Source: Candidatus Chazhemtobacterium aquaticus (GTDB taxonomy: Bacteria > Patescibacteriota > Microgenomatia > UBA1400 > Chazhemtobacteraceae). From it: a stretch of DNA of 64,000 bases. The notes beneath the pieces were generated by a model. The model was given only the letters and a program-made list of their open reading frames with translations, was not told the DNA's origin and did no database searches. The translations under genes were made by a program, and so were the position numbers. Positions 28,349-36,820 of this stretch are shown here, piece by piece (position 1 is the stretch's first letter; each line of letters starts with the position of its first letter). The stretch covers positions 695,927-759,926 of the forward strand of contig NZ_CP047901.1 of the NCBI RefSeq assembly GCF_009936135.1. The letters are read 5' to 3'.

Positions 28349-28966
28349 TTATTCCATTTCCTTTCTACCCTCCATAGCCCTACTTAAGGTCGTGTCATCC
28401 GCATACTCGAGGTCTGCTCCGGTCGGCAAACCTCTCCCGATTCGCGTTACCCTTACTTTTTCTCCCATCTCCTTAACTTTGTCGGCAATGTACATCGCTG
28501 TCGCCTCCCCCTCCATCGAAGGGTTGGTGGCAATAATCAATTCATCTACCTGCTCCTCCTTAATCCGTTTTAACAATTGAGGTAAATAAATGTCATTCGG
28601 TCCAATATTATTTAAGGGATTAATCACTCCGTGTAAAACGTGATACACCCCAGTGTATCCATCAGATCGCTCCAAAGCCAACAAATCAAGCGGTGTCTCC
28701 ACCACACAAATCTGACTACTGTTTCTACCCCTATCACTACAAATCCGACACGGACTCTCCTCATCCACATTGAAACATCTCTCACACATCTTGGTATCCT
28801 TCTTTAATCTTTCCACCGCCTCAGCAAATCTCTCTAATCGATCCTGCGGAAACCTAAGCATATAGTAAGCCAATCTCTGGGCAGTTTTAGGCCCAATTCC
28901 CGGCAACCCCTCCAATTGATCCACCAATCTTTGTATCGGTCGTATACTTCTCATAGCAACTACCAA
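28349..28966 (-). CDS. recR: recombination protein RecR
   Basis: HhH (GIGPKTAQRLA), C4 zinc finger (CERC..CRIC) and Toprim domain. Confidence 0.85.
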   Translation of the reverse strand: MVVAMRSIRPIQRLVDQLEGLPGIGPKTAQRLAYYMLRFPQDRLERFAEAVERLKKDTKMCERCFNVDEESPCRICSDRGRNSSQICVVETPLDLLALERSDGYTGVYHVLHGVINPLNNIGPNDIYLPQLLKRIKEEQVDELIIATNPSMEGEATAMYIADKVKEMGEKVRVTRIGRGLPTGADLEYADDTTLSRAMEGRKEME

Positions 28967-29019
28967 GTATATCTCTTAATCAAACAAAAACGAAGGATAA
29001 TTCCAAACCCACTACAAAA

Positions 29020-29295
29020 CTACTTAAACATCTTACCTAGATCACCCATCATTCCCTGCATCTCACTAGCTGCCCATTTCTGTGCTCGCTCAATCGCTTG
29101 ATTCACCACCTTTGACAGCTCTTTCATCTCCTCACCTGCCACCTCAATCCGCTTCACCTTACCATCACCACTCACTATTACCTTAACATCACCTTCTTCA
29201 TGAACAATCTTCTTTTTACTTATCCTTCTCTGCAACATCACCAACTTAGCTGCTGCTGCTCCTTTTGATCCGATTCCTCCCAGTTTATCTAGCAT
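29020..29295 (-). CDS. ybaB: nucleoid-associated protein YbaB/EbfC
   Basis: MLDKLGG...VKVIVSGDGKVKRIEV; the ORF extends upstream to 29337. Confidence 0.8.
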   Translation of the reverse strand: MLDKLGGIGSKGAAAAKLVMLQRRISKKKIVHEEGDVKVIVSGDGKVKRIEVAGEEMKELSKVVNQAIERAQKWAASEMQGMMGDLGKMFK

Positions 29296-29309
29296 TACCC
29301 CATTATACC

Positions 29310-29347
29310 AAAAAAAACGGCGAGTCGTTTTTAACAAAACTCGCCGT
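29310..29347 (-). terminator. rho-independent terminator
   Basis: acggcgagt/actcgccgt 9-bp stem with a T8 run on the minus strand. Confidence 0.6.
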
Positions 29348-29365
29348 CAACACGAAACGGTCTGC

Positions 29366-29647
29366 TCAGATGTAGGCAGGCTCCCAGGTTAACAGTTCCA
29401 ACCACTGTTCATCACTGTCAGGCTGGACACTGACTGTCACCTCAGAACACATGCGAGTCACTATCTCTAGCAACTCATCCCGAGTGACAGCTTTACCGAA
29501 AGGAACTCCGGCCTTAACCGCTCTGGCGACCACTTCACGGGCCATTGCTGCAATCTGGTCTGGAGGCAGATAGTTAAATTCCACTGACTCCACCATCAGC
29601 TTAATGACCCTGACCTTAAAGTACTCCTCGCTTATTACGTACAGCAC
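29366..29647 (-). CDS. hypothetical 93-aa protein on a compositionally atypical cassette
   Basis: GTG start with AAAGGAG SD; own terminator; inserted between dnaX and ybaB. Confidence 0.5.
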   Translation of the reverse strand: MLYVISEEYFKVRVIKLMVESVEFNYLPPDQIAAMAREVVARAVKAGVPFGKAVTRDELLEIVTRMCSEVTVSVQPDSDEQWLELLTWEPAYI

Positions 29648-29703
29648 GGCAGAACTCCTTTCTACCTTAAGTTACCAGTATTTTACCACTATATAGGATA
29701 CTT

Positions 29704-31236
29704 TTACACCTCTACTCCAAACACATCCTCTACTGCTTCAACCAGCTTGTCATCCTTCTCTGGAGCAGTGACATTATCATGCTCCTCCATTACTTTTGCC
29801 GCTCTCACCGCCTTCTCTCCCAACACAAACTTAACTGCTGGCAAACCCACTTCCCTTTTTAGTGTTTCCTCAAGCATTCGCCTTCTCGTCTCCTGTTCCA
29901 ACTGCTCCTTATGAAACTTGTAATATGCCTCTATCACCAAAAAATGATTTTCAACCCTTTTTGGTCTACAGGACCTAAGTAACCCAGCCACACTATGATT
30001 TAAAGGTGACAATGACTTAATCACCTCATCCCATTTACTCATCACCTCATCCAAAGACACCTTCTCTCGAACCTGTACCATATCTGCCTTAATCTCGTCT
30101 CGACCTGTCTCGTTCTTTTCACCCATCTCATCCCTTTTCTCATCTAGTTTGCCAACCTCAGCTTTTTGCTCCTTAGCTACCCTCACGCTTCCACCACTTA
30201 TTTCCACTTCCCTATCTAGCTCAACTGCCACCATTTCTAAAGGTAAAGCCGGTACCACTGCTGTCTTGATCTCTCCGCATGCTCGTGCCACCAACATTGT
30301 CACCACTCGCAATCTCTCAATCTCCGCCTCTATCTCCACCTTACCTATCCCGTATTTTGCTTTTAGCTGACCTCTTACATAATCAAGTAGCTTCTCGGCA
30401 AAGTTACTCCAATCCACACCACCTTTCTCCATACTCTCAAGCTTCTCTAAAACCAACTTAGTTTTACCACTAATCAATAACTGGGCAACTTGCTTAACCT
30501 CTCCACCTCTCACACTTCCCAGTATCTCCTCAACTTTCTTCAAACTAACCTCTTTTCCAAAACTAGCCAGTTGCTCCAACAACTTGTGTCCCTCCCGAAA
30601 ACTCCCATCCACCGACTCAGCCAATAACTCAAGCACCCCTTCCTCAAGTTTTAGCCCTTCACCTTTAACCACTTTACTCAAACTTTTAATCACCTCATCC
30701 TTACCTGCCTTTACAAAACCAACTCGAGTACACCTACTCACTATCGTCTCAGGTACCTTATGCTCCTCAGTTGTACACAACACAAACATTGCATGCTCTG
30801 GTGGCTCCTCCAAAGTCTTAAGCAAAGCGTTAAAAGCCTCTACCGTCAACATGTGTACCTCATCGATGATATACACCTTCTTTCTACCAGCTACCGGTGA
30901 CAAACCAATCTTATCTCTTAACTCCCTGATTGCATCAATCCCTCGATGCGACGCTGCATCAATCTCCATTACATCTACAAAACTTCCCTGTTCTATAGCC
31001 CTACAGTTATCACACTCTAAACACGGCTCACCACTAGCGGTTGGCTTCTCACAATTAACCACCTTAGCCAGTATTCTAGCCGCCGAGGTTTTACCCGAAC
31101 CCCTTGGGCCCACAAACAAATATGCATGGGCCAACTCACCCTTCTTTAACCCCGCCGCCAAAGTATTCCTTACCTCCTCAAGGTCAAGTTCCTCAATTCT
31201 TCTTGGTCGATATTTACGATAGAAACTACTCATCAA
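29704..31236 (-). CDS. dnaX: DNA polymerase III subunit gamma/tau
   Basis: AYLFVGPRGSGKTS P-loop, C4 zinc module, DEVHML box. Confidence 0.85.
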   Translation of the reverse strand: MMSSFYRKYRPRRIEELDLEEVRNTLAAGLKKGELAHAYLFVGPRGSGKTSAARILAKVVNCEKPTASGEPCLECDNCRAIEQGSFVDVMEIDAASHRGIDAIRELRDKIGLSPVAGRKKVYIIDEVHMLTVEAFNALLKTLEEPPEHAMFVLCTTEEHKVPETIVSRCTRVGFVKAGKDEVIKSLSKVVKGEGLKLEEGVLELLAESVDGSFREGHKLLEQLASFGKEVSLKKVEEILGSVRGGEVKQVAQLLISGKTKLVLEKLESMEKGGVDWSNFAEKLLDYVRGQLKAKYGIGKVEIEAEIERLRVVTMLVARACGEIKTAVVPALPLEMVAVELDREVEISGGSVRVAKEQKAEVGKLDEKRDEMGEKNETGRDEIKADMVQVREKVSLDEVMSKWDEVIKSLSPLNHSVAGLLRSCRPKRVENHFLVIEAYYKFHKEQLEQETRRRMLEETLKREVGLPAVKFVLGEKAVRAAKVMEEHDNVTAPEKDDKLVEAVEDVFGVEV

Positions 31237-31364
31237 TCACCACTCTAGAATAGCCCCATCAGTGATATCAACTACCAATTAATAGATCAAAATACTACTC
31301 CTCATCCACATACTATGAAGTATCAGGCAAAACTCAATTCACTAAATTCCTTTCATTAACCCCG

Positions 31365-31393
31365 TTGCAAAATTATTTTTATCATGTTATACT
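31365..31393 (+). promoter_or_regulatory. sigma70-like promoter (TTGCAA-17-TATACT)
   Basis: Near-consensus -35/-10 with 17-nt spacing, 48 nt upstream of the 31442 ATG. Confidence 0.45.
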
Positions 31394-31441
31394 ATAGGTC
31401 CGCAACCAGCGGATTGCACATATATTGCTAAGGAGCACAGA

Positions 31442-31630
31442 ATGGCTAAGAATGCTCACGGTGAAAAGCTCTGCAGGTGTGGGGTGCCGTTAAGATGGCA
31501 TCCAGCAGGCTGCCCCTCCGCGAAGGACCTGCCCAAGGTTCTCGCCAAAATCGAGAAAGAACGGCAAGCAAGAGAGGCCCAAGAAGCCGCTCGAACCACC
31601 GTTCCTGAAGCAGCCGCTGCAACAGACTGA
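31442..31630 (+). CDS. hypothetical 62-aa Cys-containing protein (GC-rich cassette)
   Basis: AAGGAG SD; CRCG...HPAGC; about 58% GC and G-rich, unlike native plus-strand genes. Confidence 0.5.
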   Translation: MAKNAHGEKLCRCGVPLRWHPAGCPSAKDLPKVLAKIEKERQAREAQEAARTTVPEAAAATD

Positions 31631-31662
31631 TCACCACTCCCCTAGCTCTTCTTTCTTTTTTC

Positions 31663-31704
31663 AGCCACCCTGCGAAATACTTTCAAAGGGTGGCTCCTTT
31701 TTTT
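31663..31704 (+). terminator. rho-independent terminator
   Basis: agccaccc/gggtggct stem followed by T7. Confidence 0.65.
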
Positions 31705-31711
31705 CTAGAAT

Positions 31712-32119
31712 CTAATCGTGATGAATCCCCATCAAGTGAAGCAGCCCGTGTTTAACCAAGAAGTCGACTTCCTCATCTACTGTAATCTGTCTCTCTAATG
31801 CTTGCTTCATTGCCTGTGGCCAACTTACAATCACTTCTCCCAAATACAATCCGTTATCAGTGGGTTCAATAAACTCACTTACCTTCTCACTAGTCTCCGT
31901 TTGCGAAAAACTTAATACATCAGTCGTTCCCTCCACCTTTAAATATTTCATATTTAACTCCTTCATCTTCCGATCTCCCACCATCACCACACCTACCTGC
32001 ATCTCGCCCTCCACCCCCATCTCACGCAAAAAATCTCTCACTAATTTTCTAATTCGCTTTCGATCAATCGGATATCGACTATCCGCCCTTATATGAACCT
32101 TAATCTCTTTGTCTCCCAT
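31712..32119 (-). CDS. ybeY: rRNA maturation endoribonuclease YbeY
   Basis: TDVLSF...HGLLHLMGIHHD zinc-binding motif. Confidence 0.8.
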   Translation of the reverse strand: MGDKEIKVHIRADSRYPIDRKRIRKLVRDFLREMGVEGEMQVGVVMVGDRKMKELNMKYLKVEGTTDVLSFSQTETSEKVSEFIEPTDNGLYLGEVIVSWPQAMKQALERQITVDEEVDFLVKHGLLHLMGIHHD

Positions 32120-32123
32120 ACCC

Positions 32124-32558
32124 TTACTTCACCAACTCATTAACAATCCTTGCCACCAAGTTACCATCTACCTTTTCTTTACCAATCTTGCCAATTACCT
32201 TACCAATCACCATTCCTTTATTTACTCCCTCACCAGCTTCCCCTACTACTTCTTTAACCACCTTTCTTACCTCATCCTCACCCACCTGCTCTGGCATATA
32301 CTCCATTAACACCTTCATCTCATCCTCCTCATCCTTAACTCTCTCCTGCTCACCTACCTGACCAAAGGCTTCAATTGCTTCCTTACGTTTCTTTATCTCC
32401 AACTTAACCGCTGCCATCTCATCCTCAGTAGTTACCTGACTACCTCTTTTTTCCAAATACTCCAAAGAAGAAATTAGCATCCGCAAAGCCCTCACCCTGG
32501 GCAAATCTCTCGCCTTGGTAGCTTGATACAAATCTGTTCGAACTTTCTCTATCAACAT
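32124..32558 (-). CDS. GatB/YqeY-domain protein
   Basis: Overall YqeY-like pattern. Confidence 0.55.
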   Translation of the reverse strand: MLIEKVRTDLYQATKARDLPRVRALRMLISSLEYLEKRGSQVTTEDEMAAVKLEIKKRKEAIEAFGQVGEQERVKDEEDEMKVLMEYMPEQVGEDEVRKVVKEVVGEAGEGVNKGMVIGKVIGKIGKEKVDGNLVARIVNELVK

Positions 32559-32785
32559 TAGCGCTTTAATGTCCCTCGACGACGCGCTGCTCTGCGCCTC
32601 TCTCGAGCTTGTTCTTTCTTTTTGATGATTCTCTCTCGTTTTCGCAGTTCAGATGGTGGTACAAAACCCTCCATCAGTCTCTGTTTCATCTTTTCCAACA
32701 CCTCATCAAACATAGTTTCTCTACGAAACTCGCTTAAGACTTGTTGGTTAGAATCACCTGGTTTTTTCCTAATAACTACTGGCAC
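32558..32785 (-). CDS. rpsU: 30S ribosomal protein S21
   Basis: MPVVIRKK...RRRAARRRGTLKR basic tail. Confidence 0.65.
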   Translation of the reverse strand: MPVVIRKKPGDSNQQVLSEFRRETMFDEVLEKMKQRLMEGFVPPSELRKRERIIKKKEQARERRRAARRRGTLKR

Positions 32786-32815
32786 TTACAGTGCACCTCC
32801 TTTCTTATATTACGT

Positions 32816-33172
32816 TTATGTTTCTCCACCGGGCTCGGTTTCTGATCCACCCATCACATGTATATGTTCATGGTCAAAGTGGTTATACCCTCCCCCGTTG
32901 TTCACTAATTTATATCCCCGCTTATCCAAACCTTTCTCGCGCACCACCTCGTAAACCGCCTCCATTAATCCCTGGTAAAGATCTAAACCTTTACCTTGAA
33001 CTAACGCCAATTTACTTCGGTGTTCTTTCGGCATTACCAAAATATGCACCGGGGCTTTCGGATACTTGTTCAATATCGCGAGAAAAGACTGATTCTCCCA
33101 GACTTTAACAGACGGTTCTTCACCATCAATTATCTTACAAAAAAGACAATCCGGGTCCTTTGTCATCGCCAT
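32816..33172 (-). CDS. HIT-family hydrolase
   Basis: HEHIHVMGG histidine triad. Confidence 0.8.
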   Translation of the reverse strand: MAMTKDPDCLFCKIIDGEEPSVKVWENQSFLAILNKYPKAPVHILVMPKEHRSKLALVQGKGLDLYQGLMEAVYEVVREKGLDKRGYKLVNNGGGYNHFDHEHIHVMGGSETEPGGET

Positions 33173-33208
33173 AAGTATATCAGGTCATCCACCTCCAACT
33201 CAACCCCA

Positions 33209-34321
33209 TCAAAACCAACTCTGCAGTTTTTCCTGAATCCCCATCCACCCTCCAGTTATTCTCGCCACATCATTAAAGGTAATCACCACCATTAGTCCCA
33301 ACAAAAGCATCATTCCTGCCATGTTAATCCATCCCTCGACATCCTCTCTAAGCTTCCTTCCCCTAACCAACTCTATCCCTAAAAACAACAATCTTCCTCC
33401 ATCTAAACCAGGGAAAGGCAGTAAGTTAAGAATCATTAAATTAACTGACAAAATTCCCACAAACTGAAGCACCGCCATCCAACCAGCCTCTCTCGCCTGA
33501 TTACTAATCTGATAAATACCCACCGGCCCAGCAATGTCCTTAGGCAATCCCTGACCTGTTACCAACTGATACACCATTCCTCCCAGCCCCACCACTATCT
33601 CTCTTCCCCAAGCAAAAGCCTCCTGAAATCCCACCCAAACACCTCTAAACGGCATTTGATACCAAGGATACTTAGTTAGTTCCGTATCCGTCACCACCGC
33701 CCCCAGTGCCCCTTCATTGGGCCCTGGATCACTTCTTAGTGTTACTTTCTTTTCAACTACTCCCTCCCCCTCCTTTATCTTCAGCACTACCTCCTCACCC
33801 AAGTTTTCTCGTAACTTCTCAACAAACCCTTCACTCCCCTCGATTACCAGCTCCCCCTCATTGGTCACTAAAGAAGTCACAATCACCCCCTCCTCAAGAC
33901 CAGCGGTCTGAGCCGGACTTCCCTCACTTACTTCCAAAACCCTTACTCCATCAATCATCGCCGGCACCCCAAGAATCGAGTAAACAGTTCCAAACAATAC
34001 CACTGCCAATACCAAGTTCATTGTTACTCCCGCCACCAATACCACCGCTCTCTGCCAAACCGGCTTGCTCCAAAAAGCCCTCTCATCCTTAACCTCCTGA
34101 CCCTCACCGTTCTCTCCATAGATCTTCACAAAACCACCAATCGGCAACCAGTTAATCGTATACTCCGTCTCTCCTCTCTTAAACAGTCTCAACATTCTCG
34201 GCGGGAAACCGATTCCAAACTCCTCTACCTTGATCTTGAAAAACCTAGCTGCTGCAAAATGACCCCACTCGTGTACCAACACCACCACCGTCAAAATCAG
34301 TAAAAACAACAAAACCTGCAT
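33209..34321 (-). CDS. rseP: RIP site-2 metalloprotease RseP (M50)
   Basis: HEWGH zinc motif in TM1, PDZ domain, C-terminal TM region. Confidence 0.8.
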   Translation of the reverse strand: MQVLLFLLILTVVVLVHEWGHFAAARFFKIKVEEFGIGFPPRMLRLFKRGETEYTINWLPIGGFVKIYGENGEGQEVKDERAFWSKPVWQRAVVLVAGVTMNLVLAVVLFGTVYSILGVPAMIDGVRVLEVSEGSPAQTAGLEEGVIVTSLVTNEGELVIEGSEGFVEKLRENLGEEVVLKIKEGEGVVEKKVTLRSDPGPNEGALGAVVTDTELTKYPWYQMPFRGVWVGFQEAFAWGREIVVGLGGMVYQLVTGQGLPKDIAGPVGIYQISNQAREAGWMAVLQFVGILSVNLMILNLLPFPGLDGGRLLFLGIELVRGRKLREDVEGWINMAGMMLLLGLMVVITFNDVARITGGWMGIQEKLQSWF

Positions 34322-34345
34322 GCACTCTATCCTAGCACAATTTAC

Positions 34346-36007
34346 CTACATCCTCTCCGGTACTCCAATACCCAACAACCCTAGTCCTTGCTCCAAAACC
34401 TCAACCACTCCCTTGGCCAAAAACCACCGCAAAGGCTCTACCTCACCCTCATCAATCACCCGATGCTTGCTGTAGAAATCATTGAATGACTTAGCCAAAT
34501 CAAAAACATAATCGGCCAGCAAGTTGGGTGAATAATCTAGTGTCGCCTCCTTGACTACCTCTGGAAACTTATCAAGCAACTTGATAACCCTTACTTCCTC
34601 TATATCAAGATTCTTTCTTAAACTTATGTCTTGATTCACCTCACTTGAGGTATCAATTATCCGCCTGGCCCTCACTGTCGCATACTGCACATATGGTCCA
34701 GAATACCCATCCAGTCTTAAAGCCTCCTCCTGATCAAATCGGTACGCTGTTACAGGGCTATGCTTAAGATCAAAAAACTTCACCGCTCCAATACCCACCA
34801 TCTCAGCTGAGTGTTTGTTAATCTCACCCGCTCTCTTCACAATTTCATCAAGCCACTCTGCCATTCTCACTCCCGTTCCTTTCCTGGTACTCATCTTTTT
34901 TCCATCCTCTCCCAAAACCATCCCATGTGCCACATGAACCAGATTATCCCGCTTCACCCAGCCCAGTTTATCCACCGCCGCAAACACTTGTTTAAAATGT
35001 AAACTCTGCTCCCCACCAACTTCGTAAACATACAAATCCGATTTCAATCCCTGCGTCCTGCTTCTATATCTAACTGTCGCCAAATCTCTGGTAAAGTAGG
35101 TTGTCCCCCCGTCTGACTTAACCAGCATTCCAACTGGTAGTCCATCACCTAGATCCATCACCAGTGCTCCCTCACTCTCTCTTGCCAGTCCCTTCTCCTT
35201 TACCTCTCTGATTACCTCCTTCATCTCCTCTTCATAAAAACTCTCTCCATATGCATGCTCTATCTCTACCCCCAGTTGTTTGTATATCTTCTCAAAATCG
35301 GCCTTTGACTTATCTATCGCCACCTGCCAAATACTTCTTGCTCCCTCATCTCCTTGCTCGAGTCTTACAAACGCTTCTTTTGCCTTTTCTCGCAAACTTT
35401 CATCTTCCTTAGCTCTCTGGTTGTACTCCACATACAGTCTCTCCATCTCCTCTACCGTCATTTCACTCAAATCAAGACCTCCTTCCTCAACTGCAGCGAT
35501 AATCATGCCAAACTGAGTTCCCCAATCACCCAAATGATTATCTCCCACTGTCTTCCATCCAGAAAACTCAAACAAATTCCTGATACTTTGCCCAATAATG
35601 GTGCTTCTAAGATGCCCTACCGAGAAATTCTTGGCAATATTCGGACTACTGTACTCAATCAATACCTGCCTACCCTTTCCCCAATCACCACTACCCCAAT
35701 CCTTTCCTTGTTTAACTATTTCCTGTAATCTTTCTACCCACCATTCGGTTTTTATCGTAAAGTTAATAAAACCAGGACCAGCTATCTCTATTCCATCCAA
35801 ACTCTTCATCAAATCTGAATTCTTTAGTTCACTCACAATCTTTTCAGCTTTTTCTATCGGATTACCAGCACCAACAAGCGCTACATTACTGGCCCAATCT
35901 CCATGACCTTCCTCTCTTGGTCTCTCAACAACATAACTCTCTACTGCCAGCTTGAGCTTATGTAAAACCTCATCTATCGCCTTCCTTATCTCTCTCTCCA
36001 TGCCCAT
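34346..36007 (-). CDS. argS: arginyl-tRNA synthetase
   Basis: 553 aa; ...FSVGHLRSTIIG class I motif. Confidence 0.8.
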   Translation of the reverse strand: MGMEREIRKAIDEVLHKLKLAVESYVVERPREEGHGDWASNVALVGAGNPIEKAEKIVSELKNSDLMKSLDGIEIAGPGFINFTIKTEWWVERLQEIVKQGKDWGSGDWGKGRQVLIEYSSPNIAKNFSVGHLRSTIIGQSIRNLFEFSGWKTVGDNHLGDWGTQFGMIIAAVEEGGLDLSEMTVEEMERLYVEYNQRAKEDESLREKAKEAFVRLEQGDEGARSIWQVAIDKSKADFEKIYKQLGVEIEHAYGESFYEEEMKEVIREVKEKGLARESEGALVMDLGDGLPVGMLVKSDGGTTYFTRDLATVRYRSRTQGLKSDLYVYEVGGEQSLHFKQVFAAVDKLGWVKRDNLVHVAHGMVLGEDGKKMSTRKGTGVRMAEWLDEIVKRAGEINKHSAEMVGIGAVKFFDLKHSPVTAYRFDQEEALRLDGYSGPYVQYATVRARRIIDTSSEVNQDISLRKNLDIEEVRVIKLLDKFPEVVKEATLDYSPNLLADYVFDLAKSFNDFYSKHRVIDEGEVEPLRWFLAKGVVEVLEQGLGLLGIGVPERM

Positions 36008-36032
36008 ATTGTAACTTAAATCTACTCAAGCC

Positions 36033-36074
36033 AAAAAAAGAACCGCCAAGAGGTATGTTGCTGCCACTTGGCGG
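36033..36074 (-). terminator. rho-independent terminator
   Basis: ccgccaag/cttggcgg stem with T-run on the minus strand. Confidence 0.6.
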
Positions 36075-36264
36075 TCGGTACAACTTTCAGATACTTCCAC
36101 GCGCCAAAGGCATTATGTTTGCAATAGTTTGCTACGCGCCGACGCGTGAACATCGGGCGAGCCCGTATCCTAGACCTAGAAGGTCATCCTGCCCCCGCGT
36201 GTTTTCTCCGAAAGTCAAAAGAACCCCTACATTGTCTCTCCACATCAAATTACTGTCAAGCTAA

Positions 36265-36304
36265 CAAAAAAAGCCGCCGGATTTAAGTAAAAAATCTCGG
36301 CGGC
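36265..36304 (-). terminator. rho-independent terminator downstream of the minus-strand tRNA cluster
   Basis: gccgccgg/tcggcggc stem with T8 on the minus strand. Confidence 0.55.
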
Positions 36305-36489
36305 CTGCCAAGCGGTTCAAACTTGGCGCAGAATAGGATCACCCCCTTTCAGCTCGACGACAATGTGATTGTCAACGTCTCTTTCATTGGGCAATCCTCC
36401 TTTCTCTTCCCCCACCATACCACAAAAAAACCGGTAGCAAAATCACTTAAAGGGGGTGTCCCAAAAAGCCGCTACCGGTAACCAATACA

Positions 36490-36564
36490 TGCGCACAAGA
36501 GGATTCGAACCTCTAATTTCGACTCTCGTCATCTGTCGACGTTTTGCCGTTAAACTATGTGCGC
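36490..36564 (-). tRNA. atypical tRNA-like gene (perfect acceptor, D- and T-arms; anticodon stem TCGAC/GTCGA closes an 11-nt loop)
   Basis: GCGCACA-TA-GTTT-AACGGCA-AAAC-G-TCGAC-AGATGACGAGA-GTCGA-AATT-AGAGG-TTCGAAT-CCTCT-TGTGCGC-A. Confidence 0.5.
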
Positions 36565-36582
36565 CCAAACCACGTGGGGGGA

Positions 36583-36652
36583 GGGACTCGAACCCTCAAC
36601 CTTGGATTGACAGTCCATGCTCGTCCATTGAGCTTCCCCCAACATATAAAAG
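36583..36652 (-). tRNA. tRNA-Asp(GUC), with non-canonical acceptor and 8-9 positions
   Basis: D-arm GCTC/GAGC; anticodon loop CUGUCAA; T-arm GAGGG-TTCGAGT-CCCTC; discriminator G; 5 G versus 6 C at the acceptor homopolymers. Confidence 0.6.
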
Positions 36653-36660
36653 AACAAACA

Positions 36661-36767
36661 AGCGGGTAGGAGGACTCGAACCCCCAACCGTCGGTTTCCA
36701 TCAGAAAGCCTGCAGACCTCCCATGAAAACTGGAAAGCGCCGCTCTATCCAATTGAGCTATACCCGC
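36661..36767 (-). tRNA. 107-nt tRNA-like gene with an internal insertion or duplication in the anticodon arm (possibly Arg-UCU or Lys-UUU)
   Basis: Acceptor GCGGGTA/TACCCGC, D-arm GCTC-AATTGGATA-GAGC, T-arm GGGGG-TTCGAGT-CCTCC; 55 nt between D- and T-arms containing near-duplicate TTTTCATGGGA / TTTCTGATGGAAA. Confidence 0.5.
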
Positions 36768-36820
36768 ATGTCAACTTACGCGCCGATTATTATATTATAA
36801 GACTCTCTCTTGTCAAGCTC

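Noticed and set aside
36055-36264. 69-aa plus-strand ORF in the argS-tRNA spacer
   Set aside because: It overlaps a GC-rich multi-hairpin region and terminators and has no Shine-Dalgarno site, so it is more likely structured noncoding RNA or DNA.
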